Position numbers and translations under genes: made by a program. Below the pieces are notes generated by a model that saw only the letters and a list, made by a program, of their open reading frames with translations, was not told the DNA's origin and searched no databases. From Halieaceae bacterium (GTDB lineage: Bacteria; Pseudomonadota; Gammaproteobacteria; Pseudomonadales; Halieaceae), in assembly GCA_963921335.3 (NCBI GenBank), contig CAWUFC020000002.1, positions 882,120 to 946,119 of the forward strand: a stretch of DNA of 64,000 bases, in the 5' to 3' direction. Of the stretch, positions 8,469 through 17,574 are shown one piece after another. The first letter of the stretch is position 1, and each line of letters starts with the position of its first letter.

Positions 8469-11400
8469 CTACCCGGCCGTGGGGTCTGACACCTGGTAGG
8501 TGAAAACGTAATCCTGGCTGGTACCCGGCGCCATAAAAGCAAACTCGACGGGATCTACCAATAAGGAATTGCCTGTAATTGCAATACCAGCGTGACTGGG
8601 CCCGGTAACCGGTCCCACTGTCCAGGTATCGAGCCTGTCGTACTCGACGATATTTTTGGTCAGGTCGAATTCCTGGACCTCATCACCCCCGCGCACGGAA
8701 AAGAAGGGATCCGCCAGCACCACCGGGTCAGTGTCTTCGCCGACAACGGTAATGGTCAGCACACGGGGTGCACTGCCACCGTTTTTGTCGACCACATCGT
8801 AGACAAAGGTCAGGCTGGCTTCTTCGCCGAGGGAGAGTTTTTGAAAATCTGCCCAGGTCGATCCTTCAATCTCCAAATTATCGTTGTAACTTGGGTTCCG
8901 AAACCAACCGGTTGCTCCATATATCTCGCGCAGGTTTTCAATAGTGAATAAACTGACCTGATCCCAGTCCACATCGGTAACACCCTGGTCCAGTTCAATC
9001 GCGCTGAACGCTGAGGGCCGACTATCACTTTCCTGGAACACCAATTCGAGTGGCTCGGCTACCGGCAGGTCATTGACCCCATCAATAGTGAAATCCAGAA
9101 CTCGAAAAATGGAGTTAGGGCCTCCATCACTCACCTGATAGCTGAATACATAGCCCTCATCCCGTCCTGTATATAAAGGCTGCAACTCAGCCTGCGTAAG
9201 ATCGAGGGAGAACGTGGTGCCGTCAAAGCTCCAGTCGAGGTCTGCCGCCGCACCTGAGCCAGTGATATTAACGATTTCCAATACATCGTTAGCGTCGGCA
9301 TCTGTAGCCCCAATGGGAATGTCGTAGGTAAATACCCCGTCGTCTTCCACCAAATTGAAATAGGTGCGCTGATCTACCGTGCCGTCATCCACGGGATTGT
9401 CGTTGGTGCCTTCGATTCGAATAGTTGCTGTTTGTGGCACTGACAGGCCGTCGGTATCGGCGATGTCATAACTGAATTCCAGCGTGATGGAATCGCCATC
9501 ATCCAGTGCAGCATAATCGCGGGAATCCACAATTAGATCGCGGCCAGTCAGCTGCCAGCGGGTTTCCCCGTTCGCCTCGGTCAAATTGAGAATGGTCAGG
9601 TTGCCGTAATCTTCTGGATCACGAGCCCCATCGAGAAAATTGTTGGCACGACTAAAGAAATTACCCGACAGGGTGATATCAATCGGGTCACCTACATCCG
9701 GCGGCGAATTTATCCCTTCGATGATGACAGGCACTGTACCGCCACCGATTGCACCCCCAGCGTCGGTGTAGCTGAAACCGAACCTCAACTCTGTCTCGCT
9801 TCCACCACGTTGATTGGCGAAATAATCAGTGTTGATCGTCAGGACATCCCCATCAAGAGAATATGAGGAAGTGTGAAAAGTGGGGCCACCAAAATAAGCC
9901 TGAGTCAGTGAGGCATCGTCTCCGTCGGGATCGCTGATCAGTGTTTTCAGGTCGATGACAATATCACCCTGGGATTCCTGATAACGCTGCGGAGTGGAAT
10001 CTACCACTGGAGCAGTATTCACACCAATAATAGTGACAACAGCACTATGAGGAACCTGCGCTCCATTGTCATCGGCTACCCAATAGCTGAATTCAAGCTC
10101 CAGCGTCTCGCCTTCTGTGAGCGAGGTATAGTGGTTTGTGTCTACTCGAACGTAATCCCCGTCTATCTCCCAGCCCCCATGACCATTGGCCTCCTCAAGA
10201 CCAATAACCGACAAGGTGTCGCCGTCGGCTTCAGTGACATTGCCCAGCAGATAGTAAGGGAGGCCACCGGAACCTTCGTTCATGGTTCTACTGAGTGGGC
10301 CACTGACTACCGGCGGATTATTGGTTCCACCTACTGTTAGGGAAGCGGTCTGATCAACACTACCTCCAACACCGTCCTTAACCTGATAGCTGAAATTCAG
10401 TACCTGGTTTTCACCTGCAAGTAGCTCCGAATAAGCGTTCGCATCCAGTACCAACTGATTGCCCAGTAACTGCCAGCCATCCAAACCAGAATCTTCAACC
10501 AGACCCGCCACCTGCAGCACCGCGCCATCATCTACATCGGCAGCGCCCTGCAGCAGGTCGAAGGATTGTTCATCGGCACTGACTGGAGACTGGAATGTCA
10601 GCACTTCGTTCACAGTAGGAGGACTATTGGTACCGGCAATGGTGACGACTGCAGTTTGCTCTACTGATGCTCCCGAAGGGTCGCGGACAACATAAGTAAA
10701 TTGCAATTGTTCAGTCTCACCCGCCGGCAGATGGGCAAACTGGCTGGTGTCGACCTGGATATTCGGTAGCGCCGGGGTCCAACCGGATTTGTTGTTGATC
10801 TCTGCCAATTCGCTGACGGACAAAACATCGCCATCTGCATCACTCGCTCCGGCAAGCAAATCGACAAGGACCAGGCCCTGCCCGTCATCTGTCGCACGCG
10901 AAACAGCCGCGTCGACAACGGGTGGATTGTTTGAACCATCCACGGTCAGTGTTGCGGTTTGATCGACCGACCCGCCGAAATCGTCCTCAATGCGATAAGA
11001 AAAATTCAGTTGCTGGGTTTGACCTGCCAACAAACTGGAAAAGGCGTTGGCATCTAGCTGAAGCTGGTTGCCAACCAGTTGCCAACCGCCCAATCCTCCG
11101 GTCTCGGCAATGCTGACAACCTGCAATATGCTGTTGTCATCTACATCGCTGGCACCGGCCAGCAGGTCAAACTGTTGGGCAACACTGCTGACTGGCGCAG
11201 ACAAATTCAAAGCGGCGCTAACTGTCGGTGCGCTATTGGTACCGGTAATAGTCACCAACAGGGTCTGGGGAACTACACCGCCCTCGCCATCTGAAACCTG
11301 ATAGTTGAATGCAAGCTCAATGGTTTCACCCGCAGTAAGACTGGCGAAATCGGTTCCGACAATCTGCAATGTGTTGCCATCCTGAACCCACCCGGTCTTC

Positions 11401-13199
11401 CCGGTGGCTTCGATCAATCCAGCAACTGCTAGCTGATCGCCATCGGCGTCGCTGGCAGTCTCCAATAAATCGATCGACACCAAACCCTGATCATCGCTGA
11501 GTGCAGCATTAAGCGCAGCGGCCACTTCAGGCACCTGGTTAGGCGGTATTACGACAACCGGCGGAGCCGGCGCCGGCGCGGGCGCCGGAGTGGGTTCAGG
11601 CTCGGGAGCTGTGGGTTCCGGCTCCGGCTCAGGGGCCGGCGGCGGTTGTACAATATCGCCAACTTCATCAGCCGCATCTTCCACCCGCTGCTGCAGTTCG
11701 CCTTCTTCAACCGCTGCCAGTAGATCGCTGATATCTCCGGTGCTGGCAGCATTTTCCAATTGCTCTTCAAGCTGTTCGCTGACCACCTGAACCGCCGCAA
11801 TATCGATCAGGCCACCTGCCCCACCGGCACTGGCATCAATTTCAGCGACCGCCTGATTCAGCTCTGTAATTGCCTCGGCAGCTCCCGAGGCCAGATCGCG
11901 CACTGCCGCCTGTGCTGACTCATCAACGACCTCGACTGCGGTTAATACGACTTGTTCAATTGTGGCTGTGTTGGACAGATCCAACACGACTCCAGGTTCA
12001 TCAGCGCTATTTGCGATAGCACTACTAAGAGCGTCGTATACCACCTCCGCAGAGGCACTTTCGCTCACTCCGTCTTCGCTACCTGCGAGCAAGGCTGCAG
12101 TCTGGCTGACCAGGGTATTCACCTGCACCGCGGCTTTTTGAACTTCCAGCGCCTGCTCGACATCAGCGGCGGAATTATTCGGGTCACTCGCTGCAGCAAT
12201 CGGGTCTAAATTGAGCAGATCCACTTCAGCATCAATACCAAGTGCAGAATTGACCTGCTGCACGGCAGCCTCAGCGGACACTTCGCCACTCCGAGTGAGG
12301 TTTTCAACCAGGGTTGTCAGTGGGTTCACCACTGTCGCACCGGCGGGTGCGGTCATGCGACCTTCAAAAGCCTGACCTGTGGCGATATCGGTACCGCCAA
12401 ACATCACCAGGGAGCCGAAGTCGGCGTTGTCACCAAAATCGAAGTTTCCGGCACTGTCCGTGGTAACACTGACCTCATTCGGGTCCAGAACACCGTCGCC
12501 ATCGGTGTCGATAAACACAGTGGCGCCGCTGATATAACCGTCTACCACGACTCCATCAACGCTAAGGCCAGGCACATCGACACCACTGTAGGCATCACTG
12601 GCTAACAACTGGGTGATGAGCGCAATGGGGTCGGTGGCCAGGGCTTGTGCCAGATCGCCAATGCTCGGTACCTGCTCCACCAGGCCGTGATACTGCAGTA
12701 CCACCTTGATTTGCTCTGCCTTCTCGGCGGTGAATTCTTCTGAATAGGCGAATCCCAGCAACAGCTTGGCCCGCTCCATGCCCGCTTCGAGCTGCCCCAG
12801 CAAGTAGGCGGTACCGGCTTCATCGGGCTCTCGCTTGAGCACGTTTTGATATACCTGCTGCAGAAACGCACCGTCTTCGGCGGCAGCAAACAGCGATTGG
12901 AATTCTTCTGAATCAGCAAAAGCCGCGGCAATGCTCTCTACTGAACGCCCTGCCTGGTGCTGTTCAACCCAGAAACGCAACCCATCAGCATCGGGAATAC
13001 GATCAAAAGCGGCAAAGTACAGGCGTGCGATGGGCGCTACACGGGCGGCAAACTCAGGGCTATCAAGGAATTCAGAAGTAATATCAGCGGCGTTTCGCCG
13101 ACCGCTGGCCAGTTCTTCGACCCAGAATGCGACGCCTTCGCCCTCAGCCTGCCTGCCCAGCAGACGCTGGTATAACTGCTCTATGAACTCTTTGGACAC
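8469..13199 (-). CDS. giant repeat adhesin, N-terminal segment (DUF4214 repeats, Pro/Ala/Glu linker, >10 tandem ~100-aa modules)
   Basis: 1576-aa ORF. The N-terminus has two DUF4214-like units (LYQRLLGRQAEGEGVAFWVEEL.., QNVLKREPDEAGTAYLLGQL). The linker is PPPAPEPEPEPTAPEPEPTPAPAPAPAPP. Then come repeated modules of the form ..DLLxGAxDxDGD.L.V..L.E...GW...G..L.....F..L.AGE...L.F.Y.V.D..G....QT..VTI.GTN..P. Confidence 0.8.
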   Translation of the reverse strand: MSKEFIEQLYQRLLGRQAEGEGVAFWVEELASGRRNAADITSEFLDSPEFAARVAPIARLYFAAFDRIPDADGLRFWVEQHQAGRSVESIAAAFADSEEFQSLFAAAEDGAFLQQVYQNVLKREPDEAGTAYLLGQLEAGMERAKLLLGFAYSEEFTAEKAEQIKVVLQYHGLVEQVPSIGDLAQALATDPIALITQLLASDAYSGVDVPGLSVDGVVVDGYISGATVFIDTDGDGVLDPNEVSVTTDSAGNFDFGDNADFGSLVMFGGTDIATGQAFEGRMTAPAGATVVNPLTTLVENLTRSGEVSAEAAVQQVNSALGIDAEVDLLNLDPIAAASDPNNSAADVEQALEVQKAAVQVNTLVSQTAALLAGSEDGVSESASAEVVYDALSSAIANSADEPGVVLDLSNTATIEQVVLTAVEVVDESAQAAVRDLASGAAEAITELNQAVAEIDASAGGAGGLIDIAAVQVVSEQLEEQLENAASTGDISDLLAAVEEGELQQRVEDAADEVGDIVQPPPAPEPEPEPTAPEPEPTPAPAPAPAPPVVVIPPNQVPEVAAALNAALSDDQGLVSIDLLETASDADGDQLAVAGLIEATGKTGWVQDGNTLQIVGTDFASLTAGETIELAFNYQVSDGEGGVVPQTLLVTITGTNSAPTVSAALNLSAPVSSVAQQFDLLAGASDVDDNSILQVVSIAETGGLGGWQLVGNQLQLDANAFSSLLAGQTQQLNFSYRIEDDFGGSVDQTATLTVDGSNNPPVVDAAVSRATDDGQGLVLVDLLAGASDADGDVLSVSELAEINNKSGWTPALPNIQVDTSQFAHLPAGETEQLQFTYVVRDPSGASVEQTAVVTIAGTNSPPTVNEVLTFQSPVSADEQSFDLLQGAADVDDGAVLQVAGLVEDSGLDGWQLLGNQLVLDANAYSELLAGENQVLNFSYQVKDGVGGSVDQTASLTVGGTNNPPVVSGPLSRTMNEGSGGLPYYLLGNVTEADGDTLSVIGLEEANGHGGWEIDGDYVRVDTNHYTSLTEGETLELEFSYWVADDNGAQVPHSAVVTIIGVNTAPVVDSTPQRYQESQGDIVIDLKTLISDPDGDDASLTQAYFGGPTFHTSSYSLDGDVLTINTDYFANQRGGSETELRFGFSYTDAGGAIGGGTVPVIIEGINSPPDVGDPIDITLSGNFFSRANNFLDGARDPEDYGNLTILNLTEANGETRWQLTGRDLIVDSRDYAALDDGDSITLEFSYDIADTDGLSVPQTATIRIEGTNDNPVDDGTVDQRTYFNLVEDDGVFTYDIPIGATDADANDVLEIVNITGSGAAADLDWSFDGTTFSLDLTQAELQPLYTGRDEGYVFSYQVSDGGPNSIFRVLDFTIDGVNDLPVAEPLELVFQESDSRPSAFSAIELDQGVTDVDWDQVSLFTIENLREIYGATGWFRNPSYNDNLEIEGSTWADFQKLSLGEEASLTFVYDVVDKNGGSAPRVLTITVVGEDTDPVVLADPFFSVRGGDEVQEFDLTKNIVEYDRLDTWTVGPVTGPSHAGIAITGNSLLVDPVEFAFMAPGTSQDYVFTYQVSDPTAG

Positions 13200-13333
13200 G
13201 CAGGATTCCCGAAACTGTTTTTCTTATTGCTAACTTTTATAGCATATGGACATCGCAGGGGCTATTTGAGCAACACCCATGACCACCAAACTATGGCTGA
13301 TACCAACACACAGTGGGCTCTGCAGATTTATGC

Positions 13334-14191
13334 TTATGCGAGAGCCGGCATTAAGTGCTTGGCAAACTGCTCCATCTGCGTGAGCTTTTCGATCAAAGGT
13401 GACTGGTAGTCTTCAAAGCCAAATACGGCAGAGCTCATGCCCTGCTCTTCAAGCTTTTTGACCTGATCGATCTGGTGCAACTGTCGAACAGCAATCACCG
13501 TTTCAAAGTCTTCCTCTTCGCGACCATATTCGGCTCGCCAATCATTCAGTTTCGATAGGATCTCTGGCACCTCTTCGATATCGTTACCTGCACCAATCCA
13601 TCCCTGAGCCAGTCTCGCCGATCGTTTTAATGCCAGGTCAGAGGCGCCACCCAGATAGATGGGAATGGCTTGCCCGGGGGCCGGCGACAGTTGCAGCGGC
13701 GGAAACTGGAATATCTCACCCTCGTGCGCTACGTAACCCCCCGCCCAGAGTTTACGCATGACTGTGATCGTCTCCACCATGCGTTTGCCCCGAGTTTTGA
13801 AATCGACCCCGTAAACCTCAAATTCTTCTTTCATCCAGCCGGCGCCGGCACCGAGCACCACCCGGTCATTACTCAACAGCGCCAGGTTACCCAGGGCCTT
13901 TGCTACTTCTATGGGATTGCGCAGTGGCAACACGTAAACCGCGGTGGAAAACCTCAACCGCTCAGTCACTGAGGCCATCGCAGCGATGGTCGTCCAGACA
14001 TCAGGATAAGGCATACCGCCGTGAATAGGCGGCGCACCGTCCTCAGAATAAAGATAGGCGTTTTCCATGGTTCGTGGGACGAAACCATGATCAGCACCCA
14101 TAATTCCCTCAAACCCAAGCGCTTCAGCGTGTCTGGCCAGTTCCACAATTTCACTCGCTGCTAGCCAGGGAGCGATAATCCAAACTTTCAT
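13334..14191 (-). CDS. LLM-class (luciferase-like) flavin/F420-dependent oxidoreductase
   Basis: MKVWIIAPW..HAEALGFEGIMGADH..RLRFSTAVYVLPLRNPIEVAKALGNLALLSNDRVVLGAGAGW fits the luciferase-like monooxygenase fold pattern. I chose the internal ATG at 14191 over the ORF-track start at 14320. Confidence 0.7.
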   Translation of the reverse strand: MKVWIIAPWLAASEIVELARHAEALGFEGIMGADHGFVPRTMENAYLYSEDGAPPIHGGMPYPDVWTTIAAMASVTERLRFSTAVYVLPLRNPIEVAKALGNLALLSNDRVVLGAGAGWMKEEFEVYGVDFKTRGKRMVETITVMRKLWAGGYVAHEGEIFQFPPLQLSPAPGQAIPIYLGGASDLALKRSARLAQGWIGAGNDIEEVPEILSKLNDWRAEYGREEEDFETVIAVRQLHQIDQVKKLEEQGMSSAVFGFEDYQSPLIEKLTQMEQFAKHLMPALA

Positions 14192-14426
14192 AGGTATGTG
14201 TTCCCGTGAGCGCTGCCCGTGGTAGTGACTACAGCCGATTGAGTCAATCAGAGGCCGAGGCCAATGCAGCATAAATAATACTTTCGTATTAATTATTACG
14301 GAGGGCAGGCACTTATTCAAGAGTCAAAAAGTATCGGAAAAATAAATCTGCGGAGTTCGCGAAAAAGGAAACAATCGCTTATTCTGGAGTTAGAAAAATA
14401 AACATAGTCCGCGTTTAAGGGGTAGC

Positions 14427-16964
14427 ATGCGACAAGGCAGTCACAGCTCGTTTTCTCTGGGTTCAGTGTTTCTGCTCGTGACATTGCTGAGCGCCTGCAA
14501 ACATCCGCTCGAGATCCAGGGCGAAGGCGACATCGTGGAGCGGCTATATGGCGAACGCGGTTGTACGCTTCAACAATTTCGAAGCGGGGCTGAAGCCTGC
14601 ACTGAAAACACCGTCATTGATACCGCGTATGTCGCCTCTTATCAGGCTGTCGCAGCACCGGGCTGGGTGTTCTCCCACTGGGAAGGCACCAAGTGCAATA
14701 CAGTTACCCCAGAGGGCTATTGCGAATACGATGTCGGCCAATTCTGGATAGACGCAACCAACGAATACTATCCCGACTCCACGGTACCCTCACTGGTCGC
14801 CGTCTTTGTTGTGGATGCACCCACTTACTTTGAAGAAGCGATCGCAGAGCCAGTGATAGCTGATCGCTGCGTAAATTGTCACGTTGAGGGCGGTGTCGCT
14901 GGCAATACGCGCATGGTCTATCGCAGCGGCGACAGCGCCAGCGTGGTGGAGCACAACTACGGGGTTTTAAGTGATTTTCTCAACGCCGATAGCGGCATTC
15001 CTGAACTGGTTTTGTCGAAAGTTCGTGGGGTCAGCCATGGCGGTGGTGTGCAGTTAGCTGCAGGTGAGGAAGACTACGAAGCACTGAACGAGTTTATAAA
15101 GCGAGAGATCGGCTGCTTCAACTGTGATGACGTTGCTGGCGGCGATTTCTTTGCAGGTGTAACAATGGCCGACGCCCAGGCCACTCTGCGCAGGGCTTCC
15201 CTGCTGCTTGCCGGACGACTTCCCACAGCCAGCGAGCTCAACAGCGTAAGAAATGCCAATGACGCGAAGCTACGCAAAGCGGTTCTAAAGCTGATGCAAG
15301 GTGATGGCTTTCACCAATTCTTGCTGCGCAGCGCCAATGATCGCTTACTGACAGATGCATTTTTGAGCAATTCGTCTGGGGTCGACTTAAGACCCGCAAA
15401 CCTGGCCCACGCACAATATCCTGAGTTGTCCAATCGCGCCTATGAGGCTACTAATGGCGATCTATCGTCAGGTGCACCCGACCAATTCTGGCGATGGGTC
15501 AATGAAATGGGCTACGGGATGGCGCGCGCGCCGCTGAAGCTCATTGCCCACGTGGTTGAGAATAATCGACCTTATACCGAGATCTTGACTGCTGACTATG
15601 TCATGCAAAATTCCGCGCTGGCTGAAATCTACAGATCGAATATTAACTTTAGTAACGACAGCTATAGCAACATGAAGTCTGGCCCGAATCGCGGGCAAAT
15701 ACTGCTTGATGAAGAACTTGAGATTGAGGAAGGTGCCGCAGGTGCCAGCAGGGTATTAAGCCATTCTGGCTTTATCGATTATCCGATTACCGGCGTTCTA
15801 AATACCTCAGCCTTTCTCTCCCGTTATCCGACAACCGAAACCAATCGCAATCGTGCCAGGGCTCGCTGGACGTATTACCATTTCCTAGGCGTCGACATTG
15901 AGAATTCCGCTTCTCGCACCACTGACCCAGAGGCGTTGGCGGATACAAACAACCCTACTCTGAATAATCCGGCCTGTACCGCCTGTCACGTGATTATGGA
16001 CCCAGTTGCGGGCGCATATCGTGATTACGGGGTGGACAGCTATTATCTGGAAAGTTATGGCGGCATAGACTCCCTCCCAGACCAGTACAAATACCCTGAA
16101 ACCAGGCTCGCAATCGACGGCGAGACGTTTGACGTCCAATCCGCCAATGGCAGCACCCGTGACTACACAGCTCGGGTATCAGTCGAAGCTGGTAACAGGC
16201 AGATTGCTTTCCAATTTAATAATGCCAAGCCCGGCTTTGAGAATGCCGAGGGCTTCCCAAGAGCAGTAGGCGTGACACAGATCACAGTCAAGTTTGGCTC
16301 GCGAGTGCCGTTCTCAGAGCAAGGTATCAATCTTGGAAATCTTGAAAATGCCAGTGCTTCAGGCTCCAACGTATTTGACAATTTGTACGCTTTTTACGGC
16401 GATGGAGCCCTACTCACCTTCCCGGTAAACGTACCAGGCGACGGCGAACTGACGATCACCGCCACCGCCCTCGCTTCGGTCCTCGATGACGGCATCAATC
16501 CGTCTTTCTCGATTGGGGTTACCGAAGTAGAGCCTACGCTGTATGAAGAAGGAGATCGGTGGTTCCGCGACATGCTGCCTCCTGGTTTTAACGATCGGAA
16601 CACGCCAGATTATGAAGACAGCCTGCGCTGGCTGGCCGAGCATATTGCTAACGACCCGAGATTTGCGCAAGCCACTGTGCGCTTTTGGTGGCAGTCGCTG
16701 ATGAAAGCGGAACCGCTGCAAGCTCCTGCCGTTAGGAGTGATCGCTTCTTCGATCAGAAACTGCGTGCCTTCGAGCAGCAGAATGCAGATATTGGAGCAC
16801 TGGCAAGCGATTTCCGTAATGGTTACAAGCTCAAGGAATTACTGGCTGACATGGTGATGTCGCCCTGGTTCAGAGCGAATGGGTCACTCAGGCTCTCAGC
16901 AAAGAGCGTCAGACGGAATTGGAAGGAATCGGTTTCAGAGCCCTGCTCACGCCAGAAGAATTGA
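14427..16964 (+). CDS. lipoprotein with two CXXCH heme-binding motifs, Planctomycete-type PSCyt/PSD (DUF1588/DUF1592-like) family, N-terminal 4/5
   Basis: The lipobox is LLSAC. CVNCH and CTACHVIMDPVAGAY motifs resemble PSCyt domains. This is the usual upstream partner of DUF1501 genes. The frame breaks at GGG 16881-16883. Confidence 0.6.
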   Translation: MRQGSHSSFSLGSVFLLVTLLSACKHPLEIQGEGDIVERLYGERGCTLQQFRSGAEACTENTVIDTAYVASYQAVAAPGWVFSHWEGTKCNTVTPEGYCEYDVGQFWIDATNEYYPDSTVPSLVAVFVVDAPTYFEEAIAEPVIADRCVNCHVEGGVAGNTRMVYRSGDSASVVEHNYGVLSDFLNADSGIPELVLSKVRGVSHGGGVQLAAGEEDYEALNEFIKREIGCFNCDDVAGGDFFAGVTMADAQATLRRASLLLAGRLPTASELNSVRNANDAKLRKAVLKLMQGDGFHQFLLRSANDRLLTDAFLSNSSGVDLRPANLAHAQYPELSNRAYEATNGDLSSGAPDQFWRWVNEMGYGMARAPLKLIAHVVENNRPYTEILTADYVMQNSALAEIYRSNINFSNDSYSNMKSGPNRGQILLDEELEIEEGAAGASRVLSHSGFIDYPITGVLNTSAFLSRYPTTETNRNRARARWTYYHFLGVDIENSASRTTDPEALADTNNPTLNNPACTACHVIMDPVAGAYRDYGVDSYYLESYGGIDSLPDQYKYPETRLAIDGETFDVQSANGSTRDYTARVSVEAGNRQIAFQFNNAKPGFENAEGFPRAVGVTQITVKFGSRVPFSEQGINLGNLENASASGSNVFDNLYAFYGDGALLTFPVNVPGDGELTITATALASVLDDGINPSFSIGVTEVEPTLYEEGDRWFRDMLPPGFNDRNTPDYEDSLRWLAEHIANDPRFAQATVRFWWQSLMKAEPLQAPAVRSDRFFDQKLRAFEQQNADIGALASDFRNGYKLKELLADMVMSPWFRANGSLRLSAKSVRRNWKESVSEPCSRQKN

Positions 16965-17569
16965 ATGCAAAGGTGCAGTCCGCGACTGGCTATTACTGGG
17001 GCCAATTCTTCAACCCCCAAATACGCGACAACGAAAGTCTTTACTACACAAACCTACAGGACTCGGTAAAGGTGCTTTATGGCGGCATTGACTCCTTTAC
17101 AACCACGGACCGCGCACGTCAGTTAAACAGCCTGATGATGAACATAGTCTCTCGACAAGCCAACCAGATGGCATGCCATTCGGTGGTACTGGATTTTCAG
17201 AAAAACAAATCACGAAGACTGCTTTTTACAAAGGTCGAGAAGACGATGACGCCGGACGCTAACGAGACTGCCGTGCGCAATCAGTTACAACACCTGCACC
17301 TGCAGTTGCTCGGTGAAAGCCTCTCCACGTCGAGCGCTGAACTTGAGGAAAGCTATCAACTGCTTCGTGAGCTCTGGCAAAATCGCAAGTCGCTAGGCCA
17401 AACCTGGGCCCAGGCCTGGCCTCAGGAAAACGAGTGTAATGTGCCTATTGAAGGCTGGTGGGATGACCCAAAGCATGAGCAGGCGATGACCGATCCGGCG
17501 TCCATGCTCAGCGCGTGGTCAGACATGCTGGTCTACTTCTTCAACGACTACAAGTTTGTACACGAGTGA
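16919..17569 (+). CDS. C-terminal continuation of the PSCyt/PSD-like protein (separate frame)
   Basis: This frame is open upstream to ~16860 and reads ..VTQALSKERQTELEGIGFRALLTPEEL. Adding one G at 16881-16883 joins it to the upstream ORF, giving ~1047 aa in total. Confidence 0.55.
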   Translation: MEGIGFRALLTPEELNAKVQSATGYYWGQFFNPQIRDNESLYYTNLQDSVKVLYGGIDSFTTTDRARQLNSLMMNIVSRQANQMACHSVVLDFQKNKSRRLLFTKVEKTMTPDANETAVRNQLQHLHLQLLGESLSTSSAELEESYQLLRELWQNRKSLGQTWAQAWPQENECNVPIEGWWDDPKHEQAMTDPASMLSAWSDMLVYFFNDYKFVHE

Positions 17570-17574
17570 GCCAA

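Noticed and set aside
11560-11650. A repetitive GC-rich stretch (PAPEPEPEP-coding) and the 18-nt repeats at 32464-32553, considered as possible CRISPR or non-coding arrays.
   Set aside because: Both are in frame within long ORFs. The units are too short and contiguous with no spacers, and they encode low-complexity protein linkers.
13334-14320. The long ORF-track start (14320) for the LLM oxidoreductase and 54113 for the esterase.
   Set aside because: The N-terminal extensions are not protein-like, or they overlap the upstream gene. Internal ATGs at 14191 and 54269/54299 fit the family N-termini better.
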